Positions 1-9,138 of a stretch of 48,673 bases of DNA are shown in pieces (positions within the stretch are counted from its first letter, which is position 1; the number at the start of each line of letters is the position of its first letter). Position numbers and translations under genes: made by a program. The notes below the pieces were generated by a model that was not told the origin of the DNA, searched no databases, and worked only from the letters and a program-made list of their open reading frames with translations. Source of the stretch: a virus (taxonomy: Duplodnaviria > Caudoviricetes); IMG/VR virus record IMGVR_UViG_3300005573_000130, positions 1-48,673 of that record, one strand, 5' to 3'.

Positions 1-80
1 ATGCCTGCCTGACCAAATTCAAGGTAACGCATGGCCTTTCTGGCGCGCGAGGCTGAGGCGCCCCCGCCGGATGACGCAGC

Positions 81-587
81 GTGAGCGCGGTGCATGAGGC
101 CGTGCCAACCGGCCTGGCGGCGCACGTCGAGATTGAGGAAGCGCATGGCGCCCGCTTCGACGCCGAGGCGGTGCGGCCTTGGCGCGTCGTAGGATGGGGC
201 ACGCGGCTGGTGCGGCTCGGTCTGCTACCTGCAGAGGCGGAAGCATGGTGCGAGCGGTATGCGCGCGACTGCGAGACTACCGAGCGCGTGACGGCAGGCA
301 CCGGAGAGGGGTTGGGATCGTCGCCAGGCCCGCGGTCCCCGTCGGAGCGGGTGTTGGAAGCCGCCGAGCGCGTGAGGGCCATCCACGCGCGTTTGACGCA
401 GCCGCAGGTCGAGACTCTGGAGGGCGCGTTGGTGCGGAATTTCCGTCTGGTCGATCTGGCCGTGATGATCGGGCTGCGTCCGCGGGATGACGAGATCATG
501 AGCGCTTTCGCCGGGCGTGTGTGCCGGCGTGTGCAGGATCGGGTCGCATGTGTGATTGAGCTAGCGCGCGGATCGGAGAGGGGCTAG
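81..587 (+). CDS. Hypothetical protein, possibly a late-transcription regulator
   Basis: 168-aa ORF with GTG start; helical C-terminus (LTQPQVETLEGALVRNFRLVDLAVMIG) resembling a sigma-region-4/HTH segment; lies just before the packaging genes. Function inferred from position only. Confidence 0.45.
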   Translation: MSAVHEAVPTGLAAHVEIEEAHGARFDAEAVRPWRVVGWGTRLVRLGLLPAEAEAWCERYARDCETTERVTAGTGEGLGSSPGPRSPSERVLEAAERVRAIHARLTQPQVETLEGALVRNFRLVDLAVMIGLRPRDDEIMSAFAGRVCRRVQDRVACVIELARGSERG

Positions 588-600
588 GAACATCCTGGCG

Positions 601-635
601 TATGGCTTGGCCGCGACTGGCAAGGACTGGCAGGC
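601..635 (+). repeat. Degenerate NNNGG pentamer array (short copy)
   Basis: tatgg cttgg ccgcg actgg caagg actgg caggc: 5 of 6 pentamers end in GG, then CAGGC as in the array at 43651. Confidence 0.55.
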
Positions 636-714
636 GTGCTTGATGCGCGAGGCGGCGCATAATCGCGTAATTTCAGATACTTAAACCTATCTCTCAAAGC
701 ATCTTCGTATACCA

Positions 715-752
715 TTGACTTGTCAAAGTTTTCGCTGCATGGTTGGTATGCT
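715..752 (+). promoter_or_regulatory. Candidate sigma70-type late promoter with a palindrome over the -35
   Basis: TTGACT (715-720), 17-nt spacer, CATGGT (738-743); alternative extended -10 TGGTATGCT (744-752); inverted repeat TTGAC-TT-GTCAA (715-726); AT-rich intergenic context upstream of terL. Confidence 0.45.
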
Positions 753-839
753 GGCGTTACGCATGAGCGGCGCCATGTCTCCTAGGAGCGTGCCATATCA
801 GCCTATGCGCAGCGAGCGGCGGAAATTCGGCTGCCGGGC

Positions 840-2105
840 TTGCACGCCGGGCAGCGCGAGATTGTCGATCTTGTCCGGCATCACGAAAAAATCGTCATCC
901 GGGCCGGCCGCCGCTTTGGCAAATCGACCGTCCTGGAGTGGATTGCGGCGAAGGCTGCGATAGGCCGCCCCGGCGAGCGCACTAGCGGCCTGCGCGTCGG
1001 ATGGTTCGGGCCAGACTTCCGCCGCAATCGGCCATCGTTCGACCGACTGGCTAGGCTCCTTGCTCCCTTGACGACCTCTCGCAGCGCAACGTTTCTGAGC
1101 ATCGAGCTGGCGAGCGGCGGCGGCATTGAATTCTGGACGCTCGGGGATGAGAACGCCGGCCGGTCACGGGTTTACGACCTGGTGATTATCGACGAGGCGA
1201 CGCTCGCTATTCGCGAGATCACACCGGTATGGGAGCAGGCGATCCGCCCCACGCTGATCGACCGCGGCGGCGTGGCGATCATGGCCGGCACGCCGAAGGG
1301 GATACAGGCGAATCAGCTTTTCTATCGCGCGTGCAACGGCGAGGAAAAAGGCTGGGTTGAATACCACGCGCCGACGACGGCTAATCCTTTCCTTCAAGAG
1401 GATGAACTTGAGCGGCTGCCGCTCGAATATCCGCCTCTCGTCTATCAGCAGGAAATCCTTGCGGAATTCGTCGATTGGCGAGGCGCGCCTTTCTTTAGCG
1501 AGGATGCGTGGCTTGTGAATGGCAAAGCGGTTCCGATGCCGTCGCCCATCGATCGCATATATGCGACGATCGATACGGCGATGAAGTCAGGCCGCGAGCA
1601 TGACGGCACGGCGGTTGTCTATTTCGCGAAGAACCGGCTTCACGATCGGAAAATCTACGTTCTCGACTGGGACGTTGTGCACATAGCCGGCAATCTTCTG
1701 ATCGACTGGTATCCGTCCGTGCTGCGCCGCATGCAGGAGCTATCGGATCAGTGCCGAGCGCGATATGAGCCGCGCGGTCCGTTTGTCGAGGATGCAAGTG
1801 CCGGCACCATTCTCATCCAGCAGGCGATCCGACAGCGCATGCCGGTCGAGGCGATCCACACGAAGCTTACGTCGGTCGGCAAGGACGAACGCGCGCTCTC
1901 GACGGTGAGCTATCACGCGAGCAGTCTGGTGGCGATTACCGAATATGCTGCGAACAAATCAGTCAACTGGAACGGATCAACGCGGAACCATTTTATGTCG
2001 CAGGTCATTGGCTATCGCCCCGGCTTGCCGATGAGCCACGATGACCTGCTCGACTGCTACACCTATGGCCTGTCGCTGGGTCTCGGGGACGGGAGCGGCT
2101 GGTGA
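840..2105 (+). CDS. terL: Terminase large subunit
   Basis: Q motif LHAGQ, Walker A AGRRFGKS, Walker B LVIIDEA, coupling motif AGTP, nuclease acidic residues (TIDTA, HDDLLD); the true start may lie slightly upstream. Confidence 0.95.
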   Translation: MHAGQREIVDLVRHHEKIVIRAGRRFGKSTVLEWIAAKAAIGRPGERTSGLRVGWFGPDFRRNRPSFDRLARLLAPLTTSRSATFLSIELASGGGIEFWTLGDENAGRSRVYDLVIIDEATLAIREITPVWEQAIRPTLIDRGGVAIMAGTPKGIQANQLFYRACNGEEKGWVEYHAPTTANPFLQEDELERLPLEYPPLVYQQEILAEFVDWRGAPFFSEDAWLVNGKAVPMPSPIDRIYATIDTAMKSGREHDGTAVVYFAKNRLHDRKIYVLDWDVVHIAGNLLIDWYPSVLRRMQELSDQCRARYEPRGPFVEDASAGTILIQQAIRQRMPVEAIHTKLTSVGKDERALSTVSYHASSLVAITEYAANKSVNWNGSTRNHFMSQVIGYRPGLPMSHDDLLDCYTYGLSLGLGDGSGW

Positions 2106-3568
2106 GCTGGAATTTATTTTGGCCTCGGTCATCACCCAGTGGCGAGCAGGGAGAGGTCACCGTAGACAAAAGCCATCCTTCCCCGCTTTGGACTCTTATC
2201 GAGCGCATTGGGCCTGGATATGAGCCTAGCTACGAAGATTGTAAAATCATATATGTCTATCATCCGCTTGGCGCGCGGATCGTGGATGCGCCGATCTATA
2301 TGGCGTTTCATCGACCGCGCGTCATCAGCGTCGAGGATGGTCCGAAAGAGGAGCTGATAGAGGCTTTCGATAAGGAGTGGAAATCCTTAGCCGAGCAAGG
2401 CGCGACGCGGTTGATTATCCAAGCGGTGCGGCTTGCGGCGATCTACGGCATTTCCGCCGTTGGCGTCGGTGTTCCAGGTATACCGACCTATCGACCTCTG
2501 ACAGATGATGAGTGGCTTTCGCCTGACATCTACTTCCAAATATTCGATCCCCTCAATACGGCCGGCAGTCTGACGCTCTCGCAAAATCCGCAATCGCCTG
2601 ACTTTCTCAAGCCGCGGCATTTCATCGTCGATAATCAGGTGTATCACCTGTCGCGCGGCGTCGTCACGCAGAACGAAGATCCGATCTATATCCAGTGGAC
2701 GTCGGCTGCGTTCGGCTTCACTGGTCGATCGAAATACATACGCGCGATGTATCCGCTTGCGTCATATGTTCGCATGATGGTTGCGAACAACATGGTTTCT
2801 CAAAAACTCGGCCTGCTGATTGCGAAACTTAAGCCGCAGGGCTCTGTAGTTGACAACACTTCAGAGGCCATGTGGGCTCGGAAGCTACAAAAGTTCAAAG
2901 CTGGTTCGACGTATAACACAATCTCGATCGACGTTGAGGAGGCGATCGAGACGCTGAATATGATGAATGTCGATGGCGCAGGAAAATTTGCGCGAGACAA
3001 CATCATCCAGGATATCGCCAGCGCAGCAGGGATGCCGGCATTGCTACTCTCGCAAGACACGCTCGCGGAGGGCTTCGCGGACGGCAGCGAGGATGCGAAA
3101 ACGATCTCTTCCTACATCGAAGCGTATCGCGCGCAGCAGGAACCGCTGTTCCGATTTTTCGATAGAATCGTTCAGCGCCGGGCATGGTCGCCGGACTTCT
3201 ATCGCGCGATGAAGCGGAAATATCCGAGCGTGATAGGCAATCACAGCTATGCCGAGTGCTTTCAGGAATGGTGTGATGGATTCAAGCCGCAATGGCCTTC
3301 CTTGGTGCAGCAGAGCGACAAGGACGAGCTTGAAGGTCAGCAGCGCCGCTTCGACAGCGTGGTGAAGTTGCTGGAGGTGATGGGCGCGATGACGGCTGAT
3401 CCTGAATCTCGCGCGCAGCTTATATCCTGGGCCGCTGACAATATCAACGCGCAAAACAAAATGTTTGCCGCACCTCTGCTCATCGATCCTGAGCTTGCCG
3501 CGACGATGCCGCCATCGGCCGATCCACAAGAAGACAAGCCCCCGGCCAAAGAAGATGAAGCGGCTTGA
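2102..3568 (+). CDS. Portal protein (DUF1073/HI1409-like)
   Basis: 488 aa directly after TerL with GTGA overlap; LGARIVD, IASAAGMPALLL and GFADGSED motifs typical of this portal family. Confidence 0.85.
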   Translation: MSWNLFWPRSSPSGEQGEVTVDKSHPSPLWTLIERIGPGYEPSYEDCKIIYVYHPLGARIVDAPIYMAFHRPRVISVEDGPKEELIEAFDKEWKSLAEQGATRLIIQAVRLAAIYGISAVGVGVPGIPTYRPLTDDEWLSPDIYFQIFDPLNTAGSLTLSQNPQSPDFLKPRHFIVDNQVYHLSRGVVTQNEDPIYIQWTSAAFGFTGRSKYIRAMYPLASYVRMMVANNMVSQKLGLLIAKLKPQGSVVDNTSEAMWARKLQKFKAGSTYNTISIDVEEAIETLNMMNVDGAGKFARDNIIQDIASAAGMPALLLSQDTLAEGFADGSEDAKTISSYIEAYRAQQEPLFRFFDRIVQRRAWSPDFYRAMKRKYPSVIGNHSYAECFQEWCDGFKPQWPSLVQQSDKDELEGQQRRFDSVVKLLEVMGAMTADPESRAQLISWAADNINAQNKMFAAPLLIDPELAATMPPSADPQEDKPPAKEDEAA

Positions 3569-4334
3569 CCGTGTCATCGCGGAAGCGATCAAAGCTCAGA
3601 TTACCGGGAAACAGACTGCAGAGAACTGGCAATACATTCTCCAACGATTGTTCGCCGAGATTGATGCCGATGCCGAGATTGATACAAGCGTAGCGGCACG
3701 TCTCAAGCGCGACTTCGAGGCGCAAGTCGGGAAGGCAGAAAAGAACCACAAGGGACTTCCTCGGTTCACTGTTGATCGTCTGCGCCCGGCGCTGCGCAAA
3801 AAGCTGGACGAGAGGATCGTTCAGTCCCTCGATCTCATTAAGCTGAGGCGCAAAGAAGCGATCTCGAACGCGCTGGCGCGCTTTACTGGATGGGCGTCGT
3901 CTGTTCCCGACATGCGCGCGAAGATCGACATGCGGGAGGTGCGCGAGCACGTTTACAAGCCGATTGCGCAAGTGAAATACGAAGCGCGGCGCGTAGCCAT
4001 TGATCAGTCTCACAAGCTCATTGCTGCGATCAATGAGACGATCGCCGAGGATGGCGGCGCGATTGCGCTGATATGGCGGTCGAATTGGCGGCAGGCCGGC
4101 TACGACTACCGCAAGGATCACAAAGAGCGGGACGGCAAGGTGTGGATTATCCCCGGATCCTGGGCACAGAAGGCGGGTTTTTTTTCGGCCAAGGCGCCGC
4201 GCTACGACCAGATTACGCACGTCGCTGAGGAACCGTATTGCCGATGCTATGCAACGTTTCTTTATCACCTTGAGGATATCCCGCAATCCATGCTCTCGTT
4301 CAAAGGCTTGGCGTATCTCCGTAAGGCGGCATGA
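3555..4334 (+). CDS. Head morphogenesis protein (MuF/SPP1 gp7-like)
   Basis: Follows portal; RRVAIDQSHK, DYRKDHKERDGK and C-terminal EEPYCRC motifs; ATG at 3555 preferred to the longer ORF start at 3465. Confidence 0.8.
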   Translation: MKRLDRVIAEAIKAQITGKQTAENWQYILQRLFAEIDADAEIDTSVAARLKRDFEAQVGKAEKNHKGLPRFTVDRLRPALRKKLDERIVQSLDLIKLRRKEAISNALARFTGWASSVPDMRAKIDMREVREHVYKPIAQVKYEARRVAIDQSHKLIAAINETIAEDGGAIALIWRSNWRQAGYDYRKDHKERDGKVWIIPGSWAQKAGFFSAKAPRYDQITHVAEEPYCRCYATFLYHLEDIPQSMLSFKGLAYLRKAA

Positions 4335-4858
4335 ACGAGCGCGAAGCGGCCATTGCGATGGCCGAAGGGAGAATTCCTAGCCCCGCGCGTATCGGTGACC
4401 TGACGCTTGTCAAAATGCGCATCACCGGCAGTGGGATGAGCTATCGCAGCGGTCTCAAAGAGTATGTGTGGCGAGAGCCTGAGATTTTCGCGACGCAAGA
4501 ATTCGCGGATCGGTGCAATGGAATTCCGGTCGTCTATGAGCACACGAACGATCAGGATGAGATCGTCGAGCGCATCATGGGGACGGTCATCTATCCCTAC
4601 GTAGAGGGCGATGAGGTGTGGGGCATCGTCCGCATCTTCCTTGAGCATGACATCGACATGATGGTGTCTTCGCATACCAGCACGAGCCCGGCTGTTGTTT
4701 TTCTTGATCCTGCCGAACTCAATGTGACGAGACTGCCGTCCGGTGAGGTCGTGCGTATCGAGGGAAGGCCGACCATCATCGATCATCTCGCGGTTGTTCC
4801 GCTCGGCGTCTGGGACAAGGGCACCGATCCAAAAGGGATTCGGATGAACCAATCATGA
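4331..4858 (+). CDS. Prohead protease (DUF2213-like)
   Basis: MRITGSG, CNGIPVVYEH, STSPAVVF and DHLAVVPLGVWDKG motifs; located between MuF and scaffold. Confidence 0.75.
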   Translation: MNEREAAIAMAEGRIPSPARIGDLTLVKMRITGSGMSYRSGLKEYVWREPEIFATQEFADRCNGIPVVYEHTNDQDEIVERIMGTVIYPYVEGDEVWGIVRIFLEHDIDMMVSSHTSTSPAVVFLDPAELNVTRLPSGEVVRIEGRPTIIDHLAVVPLGVWDKGTDPKGIRMNQS

Positions 4859-6045
4859 GCGAATCAGTCACGACCATCGTCCCTCTGGAAAACGGAGATT
4901 ACGAGGTGTTTGCTACCGACGCAGAAAGCGAGAAGGAAGCCGGCAAGAAGAAATACGGGGACGTGAAATTCGCCGATCCTGAAAACTCGAAATACCCGAT
5001 CGACACGGAAGAACACATTCGAGCCGCATGGGATTACATCCACAAGGGAAAAGACGCCGACAAATACGACTCGGAAAAACTTGCGGAGATGAAAAGAAAG
5101 ATCGTTTCCGCATGGAAAGAGAAGATCGACCCGTCCGGCCCGCCGGAATCACAGAAGGATAGCAACATGGATGACGAGAAAGACTGCGCTGACGCCCGCA
5201 GTGATTCCGAGCGTCTCAACGAGTTCATGGACTCCGTGACCAAGCGCATGGACGAAATGAGCAAGCGGTTCGATGCCCTCGACGCGGAGCGAAAAGATCG
5301 CGAGCGGCGCGACGCCGAGGAGAAAGAGCGCGAGGAAAAAGAGCGCGAGGATCGTGCTCGGAAAGATGCCGAGCGCAAGGACCGCAAGGACGGCGACCGC
5401 TTTGACGAAGACGACAAAGAACCCGAGCGCAAGGACGGCGAGAAGGATGATGAATACACCATCCGCCTCGACAAATGGCGCAAGGACCGCGAGAGGCGAG
5501 ATCGCGAGCGGCGCGATGCCGAAGAGCGCGAGCGCGAGGAGAAAGAGCGCGAAGACGCCCGGCGGCATGACGCTGCCGACATCGCCAAGCTGAAGCGCGA
5601 GATCGACCAGCTTCGCAACATGCTTATCACGCAACCGTCCGACGACGAGCGCGGTAAGATCGCCGAGGCCCGGCAGCGCGTGGCGGACGTCGCCACCTAC
5701 TTCAATGATGCCGTGCCGACCCCGATCCCCGGCGAAGACCTGCACTCCTTCCGTCGTCGGTGCCTCAAGAAATACCAAGCGCACAGCAAGGAATTCAAGG
5801 ACGTTGACCTCCTGACGCTCACGCCTGGGCCGGTGTTCGATGCGGTCGAGGGTGCGATCTATCGCGACGCGCAGCAGGCAGCTCGGACTCTGCCGACCAG
5901 CACGGGTGCCATGCGCACGCGCGTCTATACCGACGAGGCTGGCCGGCGCGTCGAGGAAGTTATCGGTGACTCACCGGCATGGATGGAAGCCTTCACGCCG
6001 CAGCCGATGGGCGTGAAATTCAATGTGAAAGGGACGGCCCAATGA
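4855..6045 (+). CDS. Capsid scaffolding protein with an N-terminal DUF6582-like domain
   Basis: N-terminal YGDVKFADPENSKYPIDTEEHIRAAWDYI, then highly charged R/K/D/E coiled-coil repeats and C-terminal P-x-PGE..SFRRR..KYQAHS; ATGA overlaps at both ends. Confidence 0.7.
   Translation: MSESVTTIVPLENGDYEVFATDAESEKEAGKKKYGDVKFADPENSKYPIDTEEHIRAAWDYIHKGKDADKYDSEKLAEMKRKIVSAWKEKIDPSGPPESQKDSNMDDEKDCADARSDSERLNEFMDSVTKRMDEMSKRFDALDAERKDRERRDAEEKEREEKEREDRARKDAERKDRKDGDRFDEDDKEPERKDGEKDDEYTIRLDKWRKDRERRDRERRDAEEREREEKEREDARRHDAADIAKLKREIDQLRNMLITQPSDDERGKIAEARQRVADVATYFNDAVPTPIPGEDLHSFRRRCLKKYQAHSKEFKDVDLLTLTPGPVFDAVEGAIYRDAQQAARTLPTSTGAMRTRVYTDEAGRRVEEVIGDSPAWMEAFTPQPMGVKFNVKGTAQ
5296..5555 (+). repeat. 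Imperfect direct repeat of about 56 bp in the scaffold gene
   Basis: 5296-5351 and 5500-5555 encode DRERRDAEE(K/R)EREEKERED. Confidence 0.8.
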
Positions 6046-6653
6046 GCGGCGCCATTTCGTTTTTCCCGTGGACGACGACCAACGCGGAAAATTCGTTCTC
6101 CGTCGAGACGGTCGGCGCAACGCAGGGGTTCATCTTCGATGATCCTGTCATCAACCCGACGCAGATTGCCGCCGCGGTCGTCGATGCGAGCAACACCGCG
6201 CCGCTCTTTGGTGGCCTGCCGCTTCAGATTCTCTTGACGGCGGCGGCTGGTCGCGAGGCGTTTCATAGTTCGGCGCTCTTGGCGGCGACCAACGCGGACA
6301 TCAACGGGTTCTGTACGTTCACCTATGCGAAAAACGGCATCGTTGTCCCCGGCTCGGACAACGTGCCGATCTATGGTGTCGGCGGAACCTGCAACTATGT
6401 CGCTCTCGGCAGCCGCGCGCGCCTTGTCTTGCAGGCGTCTTCCGCTCTGGTGGACTCTTTGAGCGGGGTCGGCGTCAACACGCAAATCTCGTGGAATTTC
6501 ACCACCGGGATGGCGGACGTTTACAATTCAACCACGGGCGCGCTTCCGATCACGAACATTGCCGGCGTCTATATCGGCAACGCTCTCGTGGCGGAACAAG
6601 TCAGCTCGACGTGGAAATTCAGATACGGCAACGCCATTGCCGTGACGGTGTAA
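6042..6653 (+). CDS. Capsid decoration/cement protein
   Basis: About 203 aa, beta-rich, immediately before the major capsid gene; ATG at 6042 overlaps the scaffold stop; PLFGGLP and LGSRARL motifs. Confidence 0.65.
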   Translation: MSGAISFFPWTTTNAENSFSVETVGATQGFIFDDPVINPTQIAAAVVDASNTAPLFGGLPLQILLTAAAGREAFHSSALLAATNADINGFCTFTYAKNGIVVPGSDNVPIYGVGGTCNYVALGSRARLVLQASSALVDSLSGVGVNTQISWNFTTGMADVYNSTTGALPITNIAGVYIGNALVAEQVSSTWKFRYGNAIAVTV

Positions 6654-6665
6654 GGAGCACATAAG

Positions 6666-7685
6666 ATGGCAAGCATTACCTCTGCGTTCGTTCGGGTTGA
6701 GCCTTCTTACACCGAACCGAATATCCTTCTGCAGATCGCACAGCCTAGCGGGTTTTTGCGACTTCTCGCGGATGACAAAATCCGCGTGATGTTGGGCGAG
6801 GGCGATCTCGCGGTCTACATCAAGCGGCTCAATCTGACGACCTCGGCTTTCGGCGCGCAGTCGCCGTTTACCTTGACCGCGGCTGAGTTCATCAACGCCT
6901 CGTTCATGAGCACGGCGACCTATCACTTTTCCAATCGGTCGGTATGGTCTCGATCGGAGGAAGAAGCGGCCGGCCGTTGGGGGTTCTCGATCGTGCAGGC
7001 TTTGGAACTTGCGCAGCGCCAAGCGCATTTCCAAACGGCGCGGAATGTCTGCCTCTATGGCGCTATCCCGTCCAATGGCGAGGGGCTGCTCAACACGCCA
7101 GGTGCTCCGAATGTCACGCTTCCGCCGGACAGCAATGGCAATGCCACGCTGACGAGCTATGACAACGGCGAGATGGCGCAGTTCCTGTTGCAGACCATCG
7201 TGAATATGATCACGTCTATGTTCCAAGCGCAAGTTCCGCAGAAGATTTCTGTTCTCGGTCCGCAGCGCGATATCCTCTACATGCAGCAGGTCGGCATCGT
7301 GCAGCTTGTGCAATTCCAGCGCAGCGGCGCCGGCAGCGCGACCACGGCGCAGATGGTGCAGAGCATCCAGGAAGCGGCTGGGAACAGCATCGAGTGGAAC
7401 GTCGATGATACTCTCATCGGCAAAGGTGCTGGCGGCAGTGACGCCGTGATCGTCACCATTCCGAAGATCAAGAACCCGCAAGGCAAGTCCATCAACACGA
7501 ACATCTTTGCCGAGTTGACTCCGAACCTCGACGAGTGCGTGTTGCAGTATTCCGACATGGCGGCCCCGCGCAAGATCACGTCGCCGGCGCCGATGGGGAT
7601 GACCGAACAATATCTCGCTTGGCGCATGTCGTCGGGGTGGGCGCCTCGGCCGCAAGCGATCACCATCCTCAATATCCCCTACTGA
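6666..7685 (+). CDS. Major capsid protein (HK97 fold, DUF2184-like)
   Basis: 339 aa, strong RBS TAAGGAG, LYG..SNGEGLLNTPG and C-terminal SGWAPRPQAITIL motifs; canonical position. Confidence 0.88.
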   Translation: MASITSAFVRVEPSYTEPNILLQIAQPSGFLRLLADDKIRVMLGEGDLAVYIKRLNLTTSAFGAQSPFTLTAAEFINASFMSTATYHFSNRSVWSRSEEEAAGRWGFSIVQALELAQRQAHFQTARNVCLYGAIPSNGEGLLNTPGAPNVTLPPDSNGNATLTSYDNGEMAQFLLQTIVNMITSMFQAQVPQKISVLGPQRDILYMQQVGIVQLVQFQRSGAGSATTAQMVQSIQEAAGNSIEWNVDDTLIGKGAGGSDAVIVTIPKIKNPQGKSINTNIFAELTPNLDECVLQYSDMAAPRKITSPAPMGMTEQYLAWRMSSGWAPRPQAITILNIPY

Positions 7686-7694
7686 GGAGGCGTT

Positions 7695-8204
7695 ATGATC
7701 GTCATCATCAACGGAACGAAACAGCCTGTCGTTCTTCATTGGAGGCTTGATCACGAGAAATCGCGGCGTGATCTGGTTCGACCGTTCCAGCTTGGCGCCG
7801 GGAAACAGGCAACGCTCCCCGCTGAATGGGGACTTGATGAGCATGTTAAGTTCATTGATCATCATGTCAAGCACTACGGCATGAAGAAGATCACCGAGCT
7901 TGACGCGATCAATGCGCACGACGGCATATTTTACTACGAGAAACAGGCACACCAGCGTCAAATCATCGAGGCGGTTGAGGCGCGCGACAAGAAGCGCGAT
8001 GCCGAAGCGCTGGATATCATGGAGAGCACTGCCGTCGCATTCGATCATCAAATGCGGCATCTTGCGCCTGACCCGCTCCAGCCGATCGGCGCGCAGCAAA
8101 CTTCCATGAAGGTGACGACCGAGATCGACCCTGGAGACCCGGAGCCGGAAAAGGTCGTCAATCGTGAGATCGCGCCGCAGCCTGGCCGCGCGCGGAGGAA
8201 GTGA
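7695..8204 (+). CDS. Hypothetical head-associated protein
   Basis: RBS GAGGAGG; 169 aa between capsid and adaptor genes. Confidence 0.6.
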   Translation: MIVIINGTKQPVVLHWRLDHEKSRRDLVRPFQLGAGKQATLPAEWGLDEHVKFIDHHVKHYGMKKITELDAINAHDGIFYYEKQAHQRQIIEAVEARDKKRDAEALDIMESTAVAFDHQMRHLAPDPLQPIGAQQTSMKVTTEIDPGDPEPEKVVNREIAPQPGRARRK

Positions 8205-8692
8205 TGGCGTGGACTGATCCGTTCAGTCCTAACCTAGCGGATTACCAGAGCTTCTTGACCGAGCAGGGGTTCTCGGCGTCTGTCTTGCCGCCGTCATCGC
8301 CGTGGATTCAGTGGTCGTTCAATCGTGCGATCTCGGTTGTCATTCCGGTCTGCACTCCGGGACCGAGTTTTCTGGGCTCTCCCGCGGGGACCGGAGCGCC
8401 GGAATACACGATCGCCGTCTATAATCTCGCGACTCATCATCTTGTGCTGATGGCTCAGGATCAGCCTGGGTTGTCGTTTTTCACGGACCTCCGCGCGCGG
8501 TTAAATACGGCTGGGTTCATCGCTGGTGTTGTTGCATCGAGTTCCGATCAAGGGACAAGCTCGACGATGCTGGTGCCTGACGCCTTCAAGGGCTTCCGCA
8601 TCGCCGATCTGGAATATCTTAAGACGATATGGGGCCGCGCATATCTGTCCTATGCGCAGAAGGCCGGCCCGGTTGTCACGGTCATGGTGTGA
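8201..8692 (+). CDS. Head-tail adaptor (DUF4054-like)
   Basis: AVYNLATHHL, GVVASSSDQGTS and YLKTIWGRAYL motifs typical of this neck protein; start may be ATG 8204. Confidence 0.7.
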   Translation: MMAWTDPFSPNLADYQSFLTEQGFSASVLPPSSPWIQWSFNRAISVVIPVCTPGPSFLGSPAGTGAPEYTIAVYNLATHHLVLMAQDQPGLSFFTDLRARLNTAGFIAGVVASSSDQGTSSTMLVPDAFKGFRIADLEYLKTIWGRAYLSYAQKAGPVVTVMV

Positions 8693-9138
8693 TGAAGATC
8701 GTCCTTGGCGTGCTTGATACTCCGCATATGGAATATCTGCACGGCGTGCCGGCGAAAGAAAGCGATTTGACGATTGGCGACTTGGCGGAAATCCTGGAGA
8801 GCAAATACCGGATCATGCAGACTTTCGCCGACATGCGCAAAGGCGAGATCGCGAAGGCGGTGAAAGAAGCAGTCGCGCTCAAGATCAAAGCGGAGATACG
8901 TGGCGTGAAGACTCCGGTCAATCATCTTGAGCGGGCGTTCGCTGGCATTGAGCACTCGTTCAAGGACTTCATAGCGACGCAGCAGATGGATGGCCGCGTT
9001 GCTGGTGTGCCAACGAAGGCTTCGCTGATGGGCGTGAATCACCGCTTGAAGCATCCCTACGCCTCGAGCAACCCGGTGAGGCCCAGCTTCATCGACACGG
9101 GGCAGTATGTGGCGTCATTCAAGGCATGGCAACCGTGA
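8692..9138 (+). CDS. Neck/tail-completion protein
   Basis: ATG at 8692 in TGATG overlap; GVPTKASLMG and RPSFIDTGQY motifs. Confidence 0.6.
   Translation: MKIVLGVLDTPHMEYLHGVPAKESDLTIGDLAEILESKYRIMQTFADMRKGEIAKAVKEAVALKIKAEIRGVKTPVNHLERAFAGIEHSFKDFIATQQMDGRVAGVPTKASLMGVNHRLKHPYASSNPVRPSFIDTGQYVASFKAWQP

Noticed and set aside
715-963. 82-aa ORF as the missing small terminase
   Set aside because: It overlaps the promoter and terL out of frame and has no HTH or coiled-coil character
2102-3568. Anti-CBASS Acb1 label sometimes attached to DUF1073 proteins
   Set aside because: Size and position fit a portal, and I see no added 2H-phosphoesterase domain with paired HxT motifs
4174-4185. G GGT TTT slippery-like heptamer and T8 run in the MuF-like gene
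   Set aside because: The -1 frame closes within about 17 codons and the conserved EEPYCRC motif continues in the zero frame
6528-8099. 523-aa minus-strand ORF, and other long antisense ORFs such as 24311-25324, 28839-29945, 33726-34790 and 36779-37783
   Set aside because: They mirror well-supported plus-strand genes, are Arg-rich and motif-free, and are expected shadows of GC-rich codon usage
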